From the human T2T-CHM13v2.0 reference genome, Homo sapiens, in the NCBI RefSeq assembly GCF_009914755.1, contig NC_060944.1: a stretch of 64,000 nt of DNA; one strand, written 5' to 3'. Made by a program: the position numbers and the translations under genes. Under the pieces are notes generated by a model. It made no database searches. It was given only the letters and a program-made list of their open reading frames with translations, and was not told the DNA's origin. Below are positions 37,461 through 50,354 of this stretch, one piece after another. Numbering within the stretch: position 1 is the first letter of the stretch; each line of letters opens with the position of its first letter.

Positions 37461-40200
37461 GAGTGGCTCCTCTGTCGCACCCCCACACTGACACACAATA
37501 TTCCAGCAAATCCCGGCTTAGCTGTAGGGGGGAACAAGGAGGGATTGGTCAGGGGTATTCCAAAAAGTGGATTTCAGAAGTGAGGTGGGATTGTTATGTT
37601 AAAGGAAACGGCGCCAGCCTTGTCCTTTTCTTCCTCAGAAATGACTGGTTGCTTTCCTGGGAGGCAGAAGAAAAAAAGTCCCTGAATAGAGATTTAAAGC
37701 AGTAAGCTCAGATTCCTTCTTTTTAATATTTATAAAGAGAGAAAGGGGATAATTTCAGGAAGATCATTTCAAGGCGAAAACCCACATATTTTCAATAGAA
37801 TTATTCCAAAAGCCCCTTTCCGGCTCATTGGAGTGTATAATTTTGTAAGTTAAAGACACCAGGCCTGGTTTCCAAGTTCCCTAAAATGACGCAGCTAAGT
37901 AAGAGCCAGAAGGAAGTAAGATGAGGAGAAGAGGGGGAGGGCAGCAGAGGAGATGGACAAGCTTGTCCCAGGGCTGAGGCCAAAGAGAGCAGCAGCCGGC
38001 ATACCTGCCCCACCTCCTCTCCTTCGCCTGTCTCCTCAACAAGCCAGCCAAACTCAGGGCTATAAACGTTGTCAAATACCTGTCCCCAATCCCGAGACCC
38101 ATCTCCAAGTCCAGACTTATAGAGGCAAGTGCCGGTGCAGGTGGCCCATGGGCTCTTCAGGCAAGATGTGTTCAGAGCTGCCCCCACCCCCGCCATCTTC
38201 CTCCCCACACCACCTCCATCCTTGGCCCCTATTCAACCACCGCTTTGCCCAAGCTGGCATCTGGGAGTCAGGCTTGGGTCCTCCCTCACCCCTGCCCCTT
38301 CTAGTTAGTTGCCAAGTCTTGTTGATTCTACCCCCTTCATACCTGTGGGATCTCCTTACATGTGCATTTTCACTGCCCAGAGTGGGCCTCCGCACCCCTG
38401 ACCTAGACCACAGAGAGGCTCCAGCAGGTCTCTGGGCCTCTTGCCTATATTCAAGCTGACGGAGTGACCTTCGCATAGTCCAGCTCTGAGGATGGCCTTC
38501 TCTTTCTCAGAAACAGTCAGAGCCCCCTGTCCCCGTCACCTCTAAGGTGAAGGCCAATTTCCCCCACCCTGGCATCCATGATCTAGCTACAGCCTGATTT
38601 CCTTGTACCCACCCTCCCATCACAAGTTCTCCACTGTGGCCAAAATGACTCACTCTCTTCTGCCTACCCGAACGGAATAAGAATCATTTTTCGACTTCTA
38701 AGCCCTGGCTGTGGCTCCTCTCTTCTCCTGGAATGGCATCCTGCTGTCTTGGCCTGTGTTGCTCCCACCCAACCTTAAGTTCCAGCTCAAATGGTCCTCG
38801 TGGTCCTCCTGGTCACGGGTTATCTTTCCTTCTCTTTGACCCATGACATTTCACTTTAGACATGAGATAGGCTGTGTGGCCTGAGAACAGGTGAGGTCCG
38901 TGGCTAAATAAGGAACAGGAAGTGGAGACCACTCTCTGACATTCTCCCAAACCAAACCAAGTGAGATTCTGTGGTTCTGCTGGGTGCCTAAAATTGTCAC
39001 CAGGGTCCCCAGATAATACTTACTCTTATCACAGTAAATAGCAATGTCATTGCAAAAATCAGTTATTGAGTACTCACTGTGAGCCAGGTACCTTGCTAAG
39101 TGCTCTTCATGTGTTATCTCACACAGTTCACAATAACCAGTGTGGTGAGGACTATCATCGCCCCAGTGGTACTGATGAGGAAACTGAGGCTCAGAGAGGG
39201 GGAGTGGCCAGCACAGCATCACTCTGTGAGCCAGAAAGCTCAGGACTCTGGCCAGGCCAGCCCAACTCTGGAATCCTTGAGTTTAACCTCAAACGCACTG
39301 AAAATGCTGACACTTGAGTATTAGCAGGAACTGGGTGATGCAGTCCCTGACTCACCTCCCATAAAGGAGGACCATGTGCTGTGAGGCCATGGCCACAGCC
39401 CTTCCTTGGGCCCAGCTTCCCCATCTTCTCAATGGTCCAGTTCCTGTTTGAAAAACCTTTCAGAGGCTGGTTCTGTAAACCCTGGAGACACAGTTTGTCT
39501 TCCTTTCCCTGGGGAAAGGCTCATCTGGGAGAGGTAGAGCTTAGAACTTCAAAGGAAGCCACAGGGGCAAAAATATCCCTCCTGCCTCTTGTCCCAACAC
39601 CATTCTTGGTTTGACTTGGCCAAGAATGTTCCCTGGTCCACCTCTGAAAGTCTGCAGGGATGCTTCCAGCTGTTCCCACTAAACTCTGCTTCCTCTGACC
39701 CCTGCCAAGAACTGACCCTTAATTCCCAGACTGTAGCTTCATCTCTCACCGGGGCATCTACACCAGCCTCTTCACTGCTCCCACTCTAGACCTTACCTGC
39801 AATGCAGCCTTGTCGTTTTAAGCAAAAATCACAAGGTCTCTTTAGTTCTTAAAGCCCTCCATGGGTTCTCCCCACAGAATACAGCTCGAGCTGCTCATCC
39901 CAGCCCCCAGGCCCTGTGTGCTCTGATCCCCAGGCCTCCCTGGGCTCTGGCCACACCATCCTTCCAACAGGGCCTAGAACAAACCAGGTTCTTCTTCACC
40001 TCAAGGCCTTTGCTATTATGCTTTCCTGAATTGCTTTCCTGGCTTTTTCCTTCCTCTCTTTCAGTTCAAAAATCATACCTTCCCCAAGGCCTTTTCTGAT
40101 CCCAATTATCCCTGGTACCTTCCTCCCTGCAGACATTCACACCAGCGATGTGTTCATTTCCCTGTAATGTGCAGTTAGATATTTGAATGCTTCTAATGTA

Positions 40201-41586
40201 CCGTCGGTTGGAGGAGTGGCAGCTGCAAAATTGCAGACTAGGAAGCTCCAAGCTGTCATTCACCCCATGGAAGCACCAAGAAAACAACCAGAGACTGGTT
40301 TAGAACTAATATAGGAGCTCTGGAAAACAGTCAAAGGTTTACAGCACCCAGGTGAATACCTAATCAAGAAAAAGCCACCTTCAAACAGCAGAAAAAGTTT
40401 TGTGGCATTTTTACTCCCTTTTGCCCAACCCCCTCCCTGGCACAGCAGCCCATTTCCCTCCCTTGAGCCAGAGGGAGCAAGCCTACCTTACTGGCAACAC
40501 TCTAACTGGTCTGAGGCCTGCCTGGAGGACAGCTCTCTGTTTTGTCTAACTAAAATCTCAGGTAGAGGGAAGCTGAGGGCACTGTTGGTGGAAGCTGCAG
40601 GGAGACTATAGACCCATAGATGACTGGGGCAAGAGATTATGAGTGGACACACACAATAGACCATCTGTGGCCCTAAGGAGAAGCTGGGTGCTGGGGTAAG
40701 ATTCTTTGAAAAAGTAAGACATTCAAAAGCAGCTGTACATATGGAGGAATTGAGTAAGCCACATTTAGGAGCAGGCAAGATTCATTCTCAGAAAAGACCT
40801 GAGAAGACCTGAAGCTTTCACCTTGGTGAAGGATTGTGTAACACAGAGTCAGTTTGCAAAGCCTGGGAGAGGCAGCTGTTTTTTCAAATGTCCAGTTTTC
40901 AACAACAACAACAACAAAAACACAACAAAGAAGTAGAAAACATGGCTCATTCAAAGGAATAAAATAAATTGACAGGAACTATCCCTAAGGAAGCCCAGAC
41001 ATTGGACTTACTAGATAAAGACTTTGAAACAACTGTCTTAAAAATGCTCAAAGAGCTAAAGAAAACCACAGAAAAATAACTAAAGGAAATCAGAAGAATG
41101 ATATATGAACCAAATTATAATATCAACAAAGAGATAGAAATTATAAAAGGGAACCAAATATAAATTATGGAACTGAAAAATACAATAACTGAAATGAAAA
41201 ATTCACTAGAAGAGTTCAACAGCACATTTGAGAGAAAACAAATAACAAAATTGCAAAAGTTCCTAATTACCAGTAATTAGTTTAAATGTAAATGGATTAA
41301 ACTCACCAATCAAAAGGCATAAATTGACAGGATGAATTTTTTTAAATATCCAACTATATGCTGTCTACAAAAGACTCATTTTAGATACAAATAGATTGAA
41401 TGTGAAAACATGAAAAAATATATTTCATACAAATAGTAACCAAACGAGATCTGAGATGGCTATACGAATGCTATACATAATAGTCAAATATGTTTACAAG
41501 AGACAAAAAACATTATATACTGATAAAAGTGTCAATTCATCAAGCAGATATAACAATTACATACATATATGCACCAAATAGCAGAG
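40201..41586 (+). mobile_element. Old L1M 5'UTR/ORF1/ORF2-start fragment inside an L2
   Basis: ORF1-like 'ggacttactagataaagactttgaaacaactgtcttaaaaatgctcaaagagctaaag'; ORF2 start 'tttaaatgtaaatggattaaactcacc'; flanked by TTCTAATGTA. Confidence 0.8.
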
Positions 41587-44500
41587 TTCTAATGTATTAT
41601 TCACCCTGCTCCCCAGACGTTATTCCATGAGAGCAAGAACTGGATCTGGCTTGCTTACTGCTTTGTTCTCATACCAGGCATTTATGACTAACACACATTT
41701 GCTCAATTTCCACTATCCCCACTAGGTGACCACAGCAAAAGTGGACAGATAGCGTCTGGCAAGCTTCAGGCAGGAGCTTGAACCTGACCATCTTCAGCTG
41801 TCCCAGCTGTCACCTCCAGAAATCTGAGATCCTTTCCTTGCCATCCATGGTCCAACCATGAAAATAGGAGTGAAGGTGTTTAGGAATTGTGATCAACTCT
41901 AGTCTCCCCAGCCAAGCACTTCAGGGCTTACGGCTGCATATCAGGGAATCCAGGGGACCAAGGGAGGCGGGTGAGTTCACCATTGGAGTTGTCCAGTCTG
42001 AATGGCCAGTGTTACCCATGAGGACCCTGAGGCTCAGAGAGGGCAGGGAACCAGCTGGAAGTCACACAACAAGCTAGTGGCAGAGCTGCTGACTGCCTAC
42101 CACCTGCTGTTTCTCTAAGTTGCCTTGGCGACTGCCTCAGGGACTGCCCATAGCATGCAATCTCTCTAAGTTATCCCTTCCCCTCCATTTCCCCTTTCAT
42201 TTCTCCTTTTCTTCGTGTTATTTTTTGTTCTCCATCCCTATACCACACCAGGCCTCTCACGGCCTTTCCTAGATTTCTGAGTTAGACCATCTCATTTGAC
42301 CCCCACAATGACCTGTGAAAGAAGTGCCTTTTAAAGCCCCATTTTCCAGATTAGATAACTGAAACCCTGAGATAGAAAGAGGTCAGCCAGTGACGCCATG
42401 TGGGCCTAGAACTCTGCCCAGCCTCTTTACTCCAGGTTCCAAGGCCTTGTCTGCCCTCAAAAGTATCAAGAGATTTATTTAAGCAAAAAACATCATGCTC
42501 ACTACAAGCTTCTTAAGAAAGCCTTCTTCCAATCACCAAGACCCCTGGCTGTCTTTCTCCTGTGGATTTTCCCTTTCATCTCAGGATGACCGCGAGATAT
42601 GAATGTTACCCTCCAAGCTGTAGCATGCAGGAAGGCTGGGGCCCAGACCTCAAGCTGAAGGCATTAGGGTGGGTGTAGGGTGTGCCCAGTTCTAGACAAT
42701 TTCAACCTCAACAAGCTCAGTGCATTTGCCACTTGATAAGTGCTGAGCTGAATGGTTTGCAGGTGTTACCTCAAATTCATGCCCATCATGCTTAATAAGG
42801 TCAAAACCCTTACTTCATTTTGCAATGGAGGACACAGTTTCAGAAGGGGAAGTGGGTTGCACAAGAGCACTGATGGTCATTAGCTGGTCTGCTGGGCCTT
42901 GCTCTTAACCCCCTCCTTGTCTTGGATCAGGGACCACAGGGTCTGTGGGTGGTGGTGCATGCAAAACATGAAGATGTACAGAAGGATCAGAGCTTGTGTA
43001 AATGTGTGGATTTTTCCAGGTTGCCTTGCCATCACTTGTTTTTTCTTCTAGAGAGTGAGGGGCAGGGAGAGTTCAGGTGGGAAGGCCCGGGATATTTTTG
43101 CTGAAACCATCTGTTCTAGGCCTACTTCTGAAATGCCCTGATCCACATAGGGGAGGGGGAAAACAGAGATGGTCGAGAGTCCAGCCAACGTCTAGGGGCA
43201 AAGATGAGGGGCTCAGAACTCAGCAATTCGGCCCATCAGTCAGGGATAGCAGCCTAAAACTGTGGTCAGCCATGGGGTCTGGAGAAGACTGGGTGGGATG
43301 GATGGGGAAATGTTTCTAGAAGGAAGAAGGAGACTCTGGTTCACCCCCAGTTTGCAGGATGGAGTCATTGTGCCTTTAGGGAAGAGTGAGCAGCTGGCTG
43401 GAGGTCTATACTCCTGCCTGCTTGGTCTGGAGTTTCTCTCACCCTGGTCACTTGATCCTCTTACTTTTCCTGTCAGTGAGGAAGCTGTTTACTCCCAGAA
43501 AGTCATTCATTCCCTGATAAGATCAATCTCATTGTTAAGCAGAATTTTCACTTCCTGCCCGGGAGTTGGCGTAGCGCGAATGTCCAGCATTCAGAGCCCC
43601 ATAAACAGTCAGCATGAGAGAGGCCCTAGAGGCCAACACTGCCCAACAGCTCCTGATGTAAAAATGGGGAAACTGAGGTCCAGAGAGAGGAAGAGCAGGG
43701 AAAGGAGTCAGTGTCAGAGCTGAGCCCAAATCCAGGCCCTGCCACCGCTACTCCACCATTCCTAGGTCAGGTGGTGTTTTGCATGCCATCAAAGAACCCC
43801 ACAATTTCATGCGCTCCCTTTTGATTTTAAGATTCAACATGCCATTCTAAGAAAACTTGCTAAGAAAACATTTCAACACAATATAATATTTTAATGTAAC
43901 ACTAATATACTATTATAACATTGCATTCAAATATAATGTTCTAACACAGATTAATATTCTAATTCAACATTTCAGCACAATTCTAACCAATATTCTAATC
44001 CTACACTCTGGAGCAACATACCATTCTAACACATAACATTACATCATGTCCTAATGCAATATTATAAGACATTGTACCACAACATTCCAATCTAGGCTGC
44101 TAACGCAATATGACATTTCTGTATTATTTGAATGCAATTCTAATACGACACTCTAAAATAACTAAGTTATTACTCTAATATTAAGAATTCTGAGATTTTA
44201 AGCCTCTGGAATGTCCACTGGACAAGGTGATGTCATGCCAGTTTGTGATTCATGACGCCAGAGCCCTTCCTAGTTCCAGCGGCCCCCAGGACCCAGGTCA
44301 GGTAGGTCCAGCTGTCTAGCTTTGTAGAGGGAGGGCAGGTCCTTCCCAAGGCACAGGGCAGGGACTCCTTGACCTCTGGTAGCTACCTGTCTCCTCCAAG
44401 CCACATGCTTTTGTGGGCTCTGGGTTGGGGTAAGGGAGAAGGAGGAAGAGGCCACCCATTCTGGGCTCACTTTGAGCCTGCTGGGACAGGCAAGAATGAT

Positions 44501-44987
44501 CCCAATATTCAGACCAGGCACTTCTTGCCAGTTTCTATGTGGGTTACTAGGACTAAGAATAAGAGGAAGATAGTCAGGTTCCTGAGGCAGCACTGACTCC
44601 TTCAGGCCTGGGGGAACCACAGGACACCTCTCAACATTGCCTCCTTCTGTTCTCTCCCTCCCCACCCATCTGCAGCCTTCCAGCCACACCGGCCGCCTTG
44701 CTGTTCATCACATTCACCATTTCCCATCCCTGGGCCTTCACGCTTGCTGTTTCCCTGTGACTGGACTGCTTTCCCCCAGGTTTCCAGTGATCCATCTCCT
44801 CACTTTCTTTGCCCCACTCCCTGCTGCGGTACCCCCCCACCCCAAGGGGCCCTCTAGGGTCAGGCCATCTTCAACAGCAACCCTATCATGCTGGTCCCTT
44901 TTCCTGGTATAGATTTCCTTCACCGTATGCATGTATCATGGTCTGTGCATTTTGGTGATTTGCTCATTTGTCTCCTTTCCCCAAAAC

Positions 44988-45535
44988 CATGGTTCTCCAT
45001 GCTGTTGGCCTCTGGGATCACCTGAGTGGCTACTGAAAATCCCAGTGCCCCATTGCAGAGCCTGGTGCGGCAATGGCTCACACCTGTAATACCAGAACTT
45101 TGGGAGGCTGAGGCAGATGGATCACTTGAGTCCAGGAGTTTGAAACCATCCCGGACAACATGGCAAAACCCTGTCTCTACAGAAAATAATAAAAATTAGC
45201 CAGGCATGGTGGCATGTCCCTGTCATCCCGGCTACTCAGGAGGCTGAGGTGGGAGGATTGCTTGAGCCTGGGAGGTTGAGGCTGCAGTGAGCCAAGATAG
45301 GGCCAATGCAGTCACTCCAGCTTGGGCAACAAAGGGAGACCCTGTCTCAAAAAAAAAAAAAAAAAAAAAAAAAAAGAAGAAGAAGAAGGAAGAGAAGGAG
45401 AGGAGAAGAAGGAGAAGAAGAAAATGTCCCATTGCAGAGCAATTGAGTCAAGATAGCTGGGGTGAGGCCCAGGTATCAATAATTTTTAAAGCTCCCCAAG
45501 TGATTCCGATGTGGCGAAAGCTAAGAGCCCCCTGA
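44988..45535. mobile_element. MER5A split by an AluJ
   Basis: 'ggttctcc...gatcacctg...' and 'aagctccccaagtgattccgatgtg'. Confidence 0.65.
45060..45423 (+). mobile_element. AluJb with a poly(A)-(GAA/GGA)n tail
   Basis: J diagnostics; TSD-like cccattgcagagc on both sides. Confidence 0.93.
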
Positions 45536-47296
45536 ACTAGACTGTTGGCTCCCGGAGGCCAGGACCACTTCTATCTTGCTTAACAGCATCTGGCATCACT
45601 GTCTGATGAAGAGTAGGTCCTCCACAAATATCTGTTGAATGAATAAACCATTCAACAAAATATTTCCATTTAAAAATTTTTCCACGTAGCAAAAATTTTA
45701 AACACAGAAGATTTCCAATGAAAAGTGAATTTCCTCCTTTCCTAGGCTAAGTTGTCTTAAAAAGCCAACCAGCATTAACCTGCGGGTGGGGAGGGGAGGA
45801 AAAGGGTATTCTCTGCAGAGGGCACAGCCAGTGCAACGACCTGGGGGTATGACCCTACTTCAGTCTCTGACCCTCTCAAGTTTTTACACCTTGGAGATTC
45901 TCCCTCTTACCGCCTTCCTCAGGATCTATCAGCCTGGGCCACACATAACCTTACCAGGTGCCCTTCCAGAATGCCCACATCCCCAGAAATTCAGATTCTC
46001 TAAATTTTCTTCAAGCCTCAGTTTCTTCTTCATTCTATGGGGGTGATTATTCCTGCCTCCACGGGTAGGGGTAGTGTTCTGAGCACCTAATGAGATAGTA
46101 GCTATGAAGTGGTAAACTGTAAAGAGCTGTGAACTTGACAGTTGTGTGCCCTCTCTGTGCCAGGCATGTGCCTTGTTCCTTAGAGATGCCATGTCATTGA
46201 ACCTGTACCACGGCTGGAGGTGAACTATTATTGTACTGTTTTGCAGACTGGGAAACAGAGGCTCAGAGAAGTGGGGTGACTTGCCCAAGGTCACCCAACC
46301 TGGAACCAAAGCCAAGTTTTTTCATCTCCAAAGGCCACGGAAATCGTAGATTTAAGGACTTTCAGCCCCCAAGTACCAGGTCTGTTAGGTTTGAGGATCC
46401 CCAGCCCCGAGAGCACTGGTGGCCAGGACAGGGCAGACAGTCTGGTTTCACAATTTATTTCACCCCCACCCAGTTGTTTGCCAAAGGGAGGGGTGGGGCG
46501 GCCGGTGGCTGGGAGCCTGGGCCGCCCAGTCACAGGGTAGACTTGTCTGCCTGCCAGCCAATCCAGGCTGCCGGAGCTGGCGTTGGAAAGGCCCTGGCCC
46601 CATCTTGCCGGGACACTCTATCTTTGTCCCTGAACACAAAAGGGGCCTTGTCTTGGCCCAGCAGTGCTGATTCCACATGCTCCCGACTGCCCCAGCCCCT
46701 CTGCCACGAGAAAGGCCCACTTTGTCGAGTCAAAAGACTAACTTGTTTCTTTTTCACCAAAACGTGTTGACTGACCTGGTTGATTTATCTTGGGAAAGTG
46801 GTGAATGAGGGAGGGGAGAGAGGTGACAGAGACAGGCACAGTCCAGAAGGCCATGTATCCTGGCCTGACTTGGGGGTGGGCACCCAGCCCTTACCTGGGA
46901 CAGAGGGATAGCCACATAATGTAATTTCAGGGGATTAGGACAGTCGTCCAACCTCACTAGTAGCAGAGATTCCACCATTAGGTATTCATTTCTTTGGCTT
47001 TACCCTTTGAAGACAGCTAAAAATAAAAACTCCCTTTGAATGGGAATGCCCTATTGTCACAAGTGAGTGAGAATTAGTTTTCCTGAGAAGAGAGGTGAGT
47101 CAGAAGAGAACAAGCAGCAGGTGAGGCGGGGCAGCAGGCACCAGGAGCCCAGAGGGAAGCTGGGAGAATGAGGAGGGACTACTCACAGAGGAAGTGAGAT
47201 TACGTGAGGGAGGAAACAAAAGCAGACTTTTCTTTGGTAATTTTTCCTCAATATCAGGCCTTCTCCCTCCACAACCAGCAACACCATTGCTTAGTC

Positions 47297-47495
47297 TTCT
47301 TCCTTCCTTTCTTCCTTCCCTTCTTCCTTCCCTTCCTTCCCTTCCTTTCCTTCCTCCCTTCCTTCCTTCCCTCCCTCCTTCCTTCCCCTCTCCCTCTTCC
47401 CCCATCTCTCTTTCCTCCCTCTTTCCCCCCTTCCTCCCTCTCTTCCTCCCTCCCTTTCTCCTTTCTTTCCTTTCTTTCTTCCTTCTTTCTCCTTT
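47297..47495. repeat. (CCTT)n/(CTTT)n polypyrimidine tract
   Basis: Seen directly, abutting a minus-strand L2 tail. Confidence 0.9.
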
Positions 47496-47517
47496 ACTCC
47501 ATTCAAGAAATATTTAT

Positions 47518-47828
47518 GGCCAGGCACAGTGGCTCGTGCCTGTAATCTCAGCACTTTGGGAGGCCAAGGCAAGAGGATCACTTGAGCCCAGGAGTTCAAG
47601 ACCAGCCTGAGCAACATTGTGAGACCCTGTCCCAACAAAAAAAAAATAATAATTTTTAAAAAGCCAGGGGCAGTGGGCTGCACCTGTTGTCCCAGCTACT
47701 TAGGAGGCTGAAGCATAAGGATCCTTTGAGCCCAGGAGTTCGAGGCTGCAGTGAGCTATGATTGCGCCACTGCACTCCAGGCTGGCTGACAATGCAAGAC
47801 CTTGTCTAAAATAAAATAAAATAAAAAA
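47518..47828 (+). mobile_element. AluJo/Jr
   Basis: J diagnostics and (TAAAA)n tail; the right TSD lies further out at 47917-47929. Confidence 0.93.
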
Positions 47829-47929
47829 GTATACAGTTATATATTTGTAATATAATAATAAACAAAAAAGAGAAAATATTATGATCCCCACACTATGCTG
47901 TTAAAAGAGAGAGAGAGAGGAATATTTAT

Positions 47930-48610
47930 TGAGTACATACTCTATGCCAGGGACTCTTTTAGGCACCGAGGCCATAACGGAATCTCAGACCCCTGTCTTC
48001 AGGAAGTGTCCACTCTTCCTGGTGATAAACAATTAAGTGCATGACTAACGATCATTCTGGCAGGGGTACGTGCTGTGAAAGGATGGGGCAGGGTGGCGAG
48101 GCAGAGCAGCTGGGATGCGGTGGAAGGACTGGGTTGGCCGGGCTCCCTGAGGAGGGGATCATGCTGAGACATGAGGGGTGGAAGGGACCAGCCGTGGGGA
48201 TGCTGGGGACAAGTGTTCTAGGCAGAGGGAACTGTACATACGAGGGCTCCAGGGCTGGGCCAGGGTGGAGCCTTCCAGATACACTGAGGCCAACGGCATT
48301 GGCTTCCCACCAAGTGCATGGAGGGGCGACAGCAAGAGGAAGGGTTCAGAGTGGCAGGGGCTGGACCCATAAGGCCTGGTGGTTCCTGGTCACATCCTCA
48401 GGTTTTTATCCTGAATAAGATGGGAAACTATAGGAGTGTGCAAGAAGGTAACACAATCTAATTTTTTTTATTTAAAAGGCCCCCCCCGGCTGCTGTGTGG
48501 AAAATGGATGGAGGAGGCTACTGCAGCCATCCAGGTGAGAGCTGTCAGCAGCTAGGCTACAGGCGTGACAGTGGAGCAGGGGAGAGTGGGCAGAGTTGAG
48601 ATCTGTTTTT
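47930..48610 (-). mobile_element. L2 3' region
   Basis: 'tgagtacatactctatgccagg...gtgttctaggcagagggaac...ggctgctgtgtggaaaatgga'. Confidence 0.75.
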
Positions 48611-49940
48611 TAGAGCTAGGATCCAGAATGAATGAATGAATGAATGAATGAGCCCCTGAGGGATAAAATTTAGGCTCGAGTTCCTGTAATGCCACTGAGT
48701 TTCAGTGTGACCCTGGGCAGATCCCTTCCCCTCTCTGGGCCTCAGTTTCCCCATCTGTAATGCAAGGCACAAGGAGCCTGGGACAGCTGACGCCAAGGTC
48801 TCCTGCAGCATTCCTGAGCCTCTGACGCTTGCAGGGGCGGAGGCTGTGATCCAGTTACTAATCCAGTCAGGCCTGGCTCATCCAAGGGCAGCTGCAGAAA
48901 CCTGCGGGTGATGCATTGACTCACGCGTGGTCCTCTGCTATCAGCAGAAACTGGGACAGCCAGGGGCCTGAGACTCACCCGCAGGCTGGGAAAGGTTGGC
49001 AGGATGCCTCTATGCAGCTGGGGGAAGGGAGCAGGCTGCCAGCACTGGGCTTCCTGAGCCCCTCTGGGGACTGATGTGACAGCCACTGCAGCCACCGCAG
49101 CCACCATACCTTCCCAGTTGGCCCAAGCTTGGCATGGGGCTGTGCCCAACCTCTGTGGGCTACCAGGAGACACTGGCAGGAGCACAGGACCTGCTGTGTG
49201 CCCACTCCATCTTCTCTCTGCCAGGCACTTGATGAAGTAGACAGTAATACTCCTATCTTATTGATGGGGAAACTGAGGCACAGAACATTGTAGGTGGCCA
49301 AGCCAGGAGAATCCTACTATGTTTGACTAGTTCTTTCCATTGTTCTGCTCTGCCTCCCCAGTATGAAGCAGACGGGTGTGAAAGAGAAAGGAAGAAAAGC
49401 TAAATATGTTTTAATAAATATAGAAACTCACACCCTCATGTTTTACCAGGGCCGAGGACTTTCAAAGAAAAGCTTCTTCTTTTTGCAACCTTTTTGCAAT
49501 GTGGCTAAGCCACTTGGCCATTGTGCACAGCTCTTTTACTGCTCATTTATTCATTGGCAATTGCAGCAAATATTTATCAAGAGCCTTCTACATGCCAGAG
49601 ACTACGTGAGTCTCTGAGGAGGGAGACACGACGATTAGCAAAAAGCGACTTCATATCTACACTCACCGGCTTGTATTACATAGAGGGTGAGAGAGATATC
49701 AACAAAAAATTTGGAAACTCTACAGTCATTTTTAAATTCTGCTTCGAGTAAGTTCCTTCCTTCTCTGAGCTTCAGTTTCCTCATTATAAAATGGGATAGT
49801 TAGAGTTCCTCCCTCATGAGGCTGAAGTAAACAGTTGATGAGATATGGCCTGGCCCACAATATGTGCTCATTAAATCCTAGTTGTTGCTGTTATCAGTTC
49901 CTGTGTATAGCATAACTTCAGTAGCCTAGTAGGTAATAAC

Positions 49941-50354
49941 TGTGTTAGGATGGCCCACTGAAAAGCAGACGTCAAGATTGAGTTCAACATACAAGAGATT
50001 TATTGAGAGAGGGAGCAGGAGAAGGCAGGTCTGGCACCTGGGGAAGGACAGGGAGAAGGAAGGCAGATTGCGTAGGAAGAGTCTTGAACTGCAGTACAAT
50101 TCAAAAAAGGTTAAGCCATGCCAATGGAGAGTCCTTGAGCCAAAGTCACTTACTGGAAGGGTTCTTCATCTCTCCAGAGTGGGCCTGCCTTTAGTATTCC
50201 TGCCATGCTCGGTGGTTGGCTGACAGCAGCCCACAGGAAATGTGGGTTCAGCACAGATATGGCAGCACATCCCAAGGGACAGCAGCTGGGGCCGTCAGTC
50301 AATCATGCTCCCCACGGTAGGAGACCTGAGCAGTGCACGTTCATGGCTGCCGCA
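49941..50354 (-). mobile_element. LTR16-family (ERVL) solo LTR
   Basis: 'tgtgttagg...aagcagac...caagagatttattgag...catggctgccgca'; ATAAC/GTAAC flanks. Confidence 0.7.

Noticed and set aside
36372-37705. ~200 aa Ser/Leu-rich hydrophobic ORFs
   Set aside because: Artefact of the CT-rich low-complexity tract.
45626-45665. Tail-to-tail L2 hairpin reminiscent of the miR-28/151 origin
   Set aside because: The stem is only ~16 bp and AT-rich, too short for a Drosha substrate.
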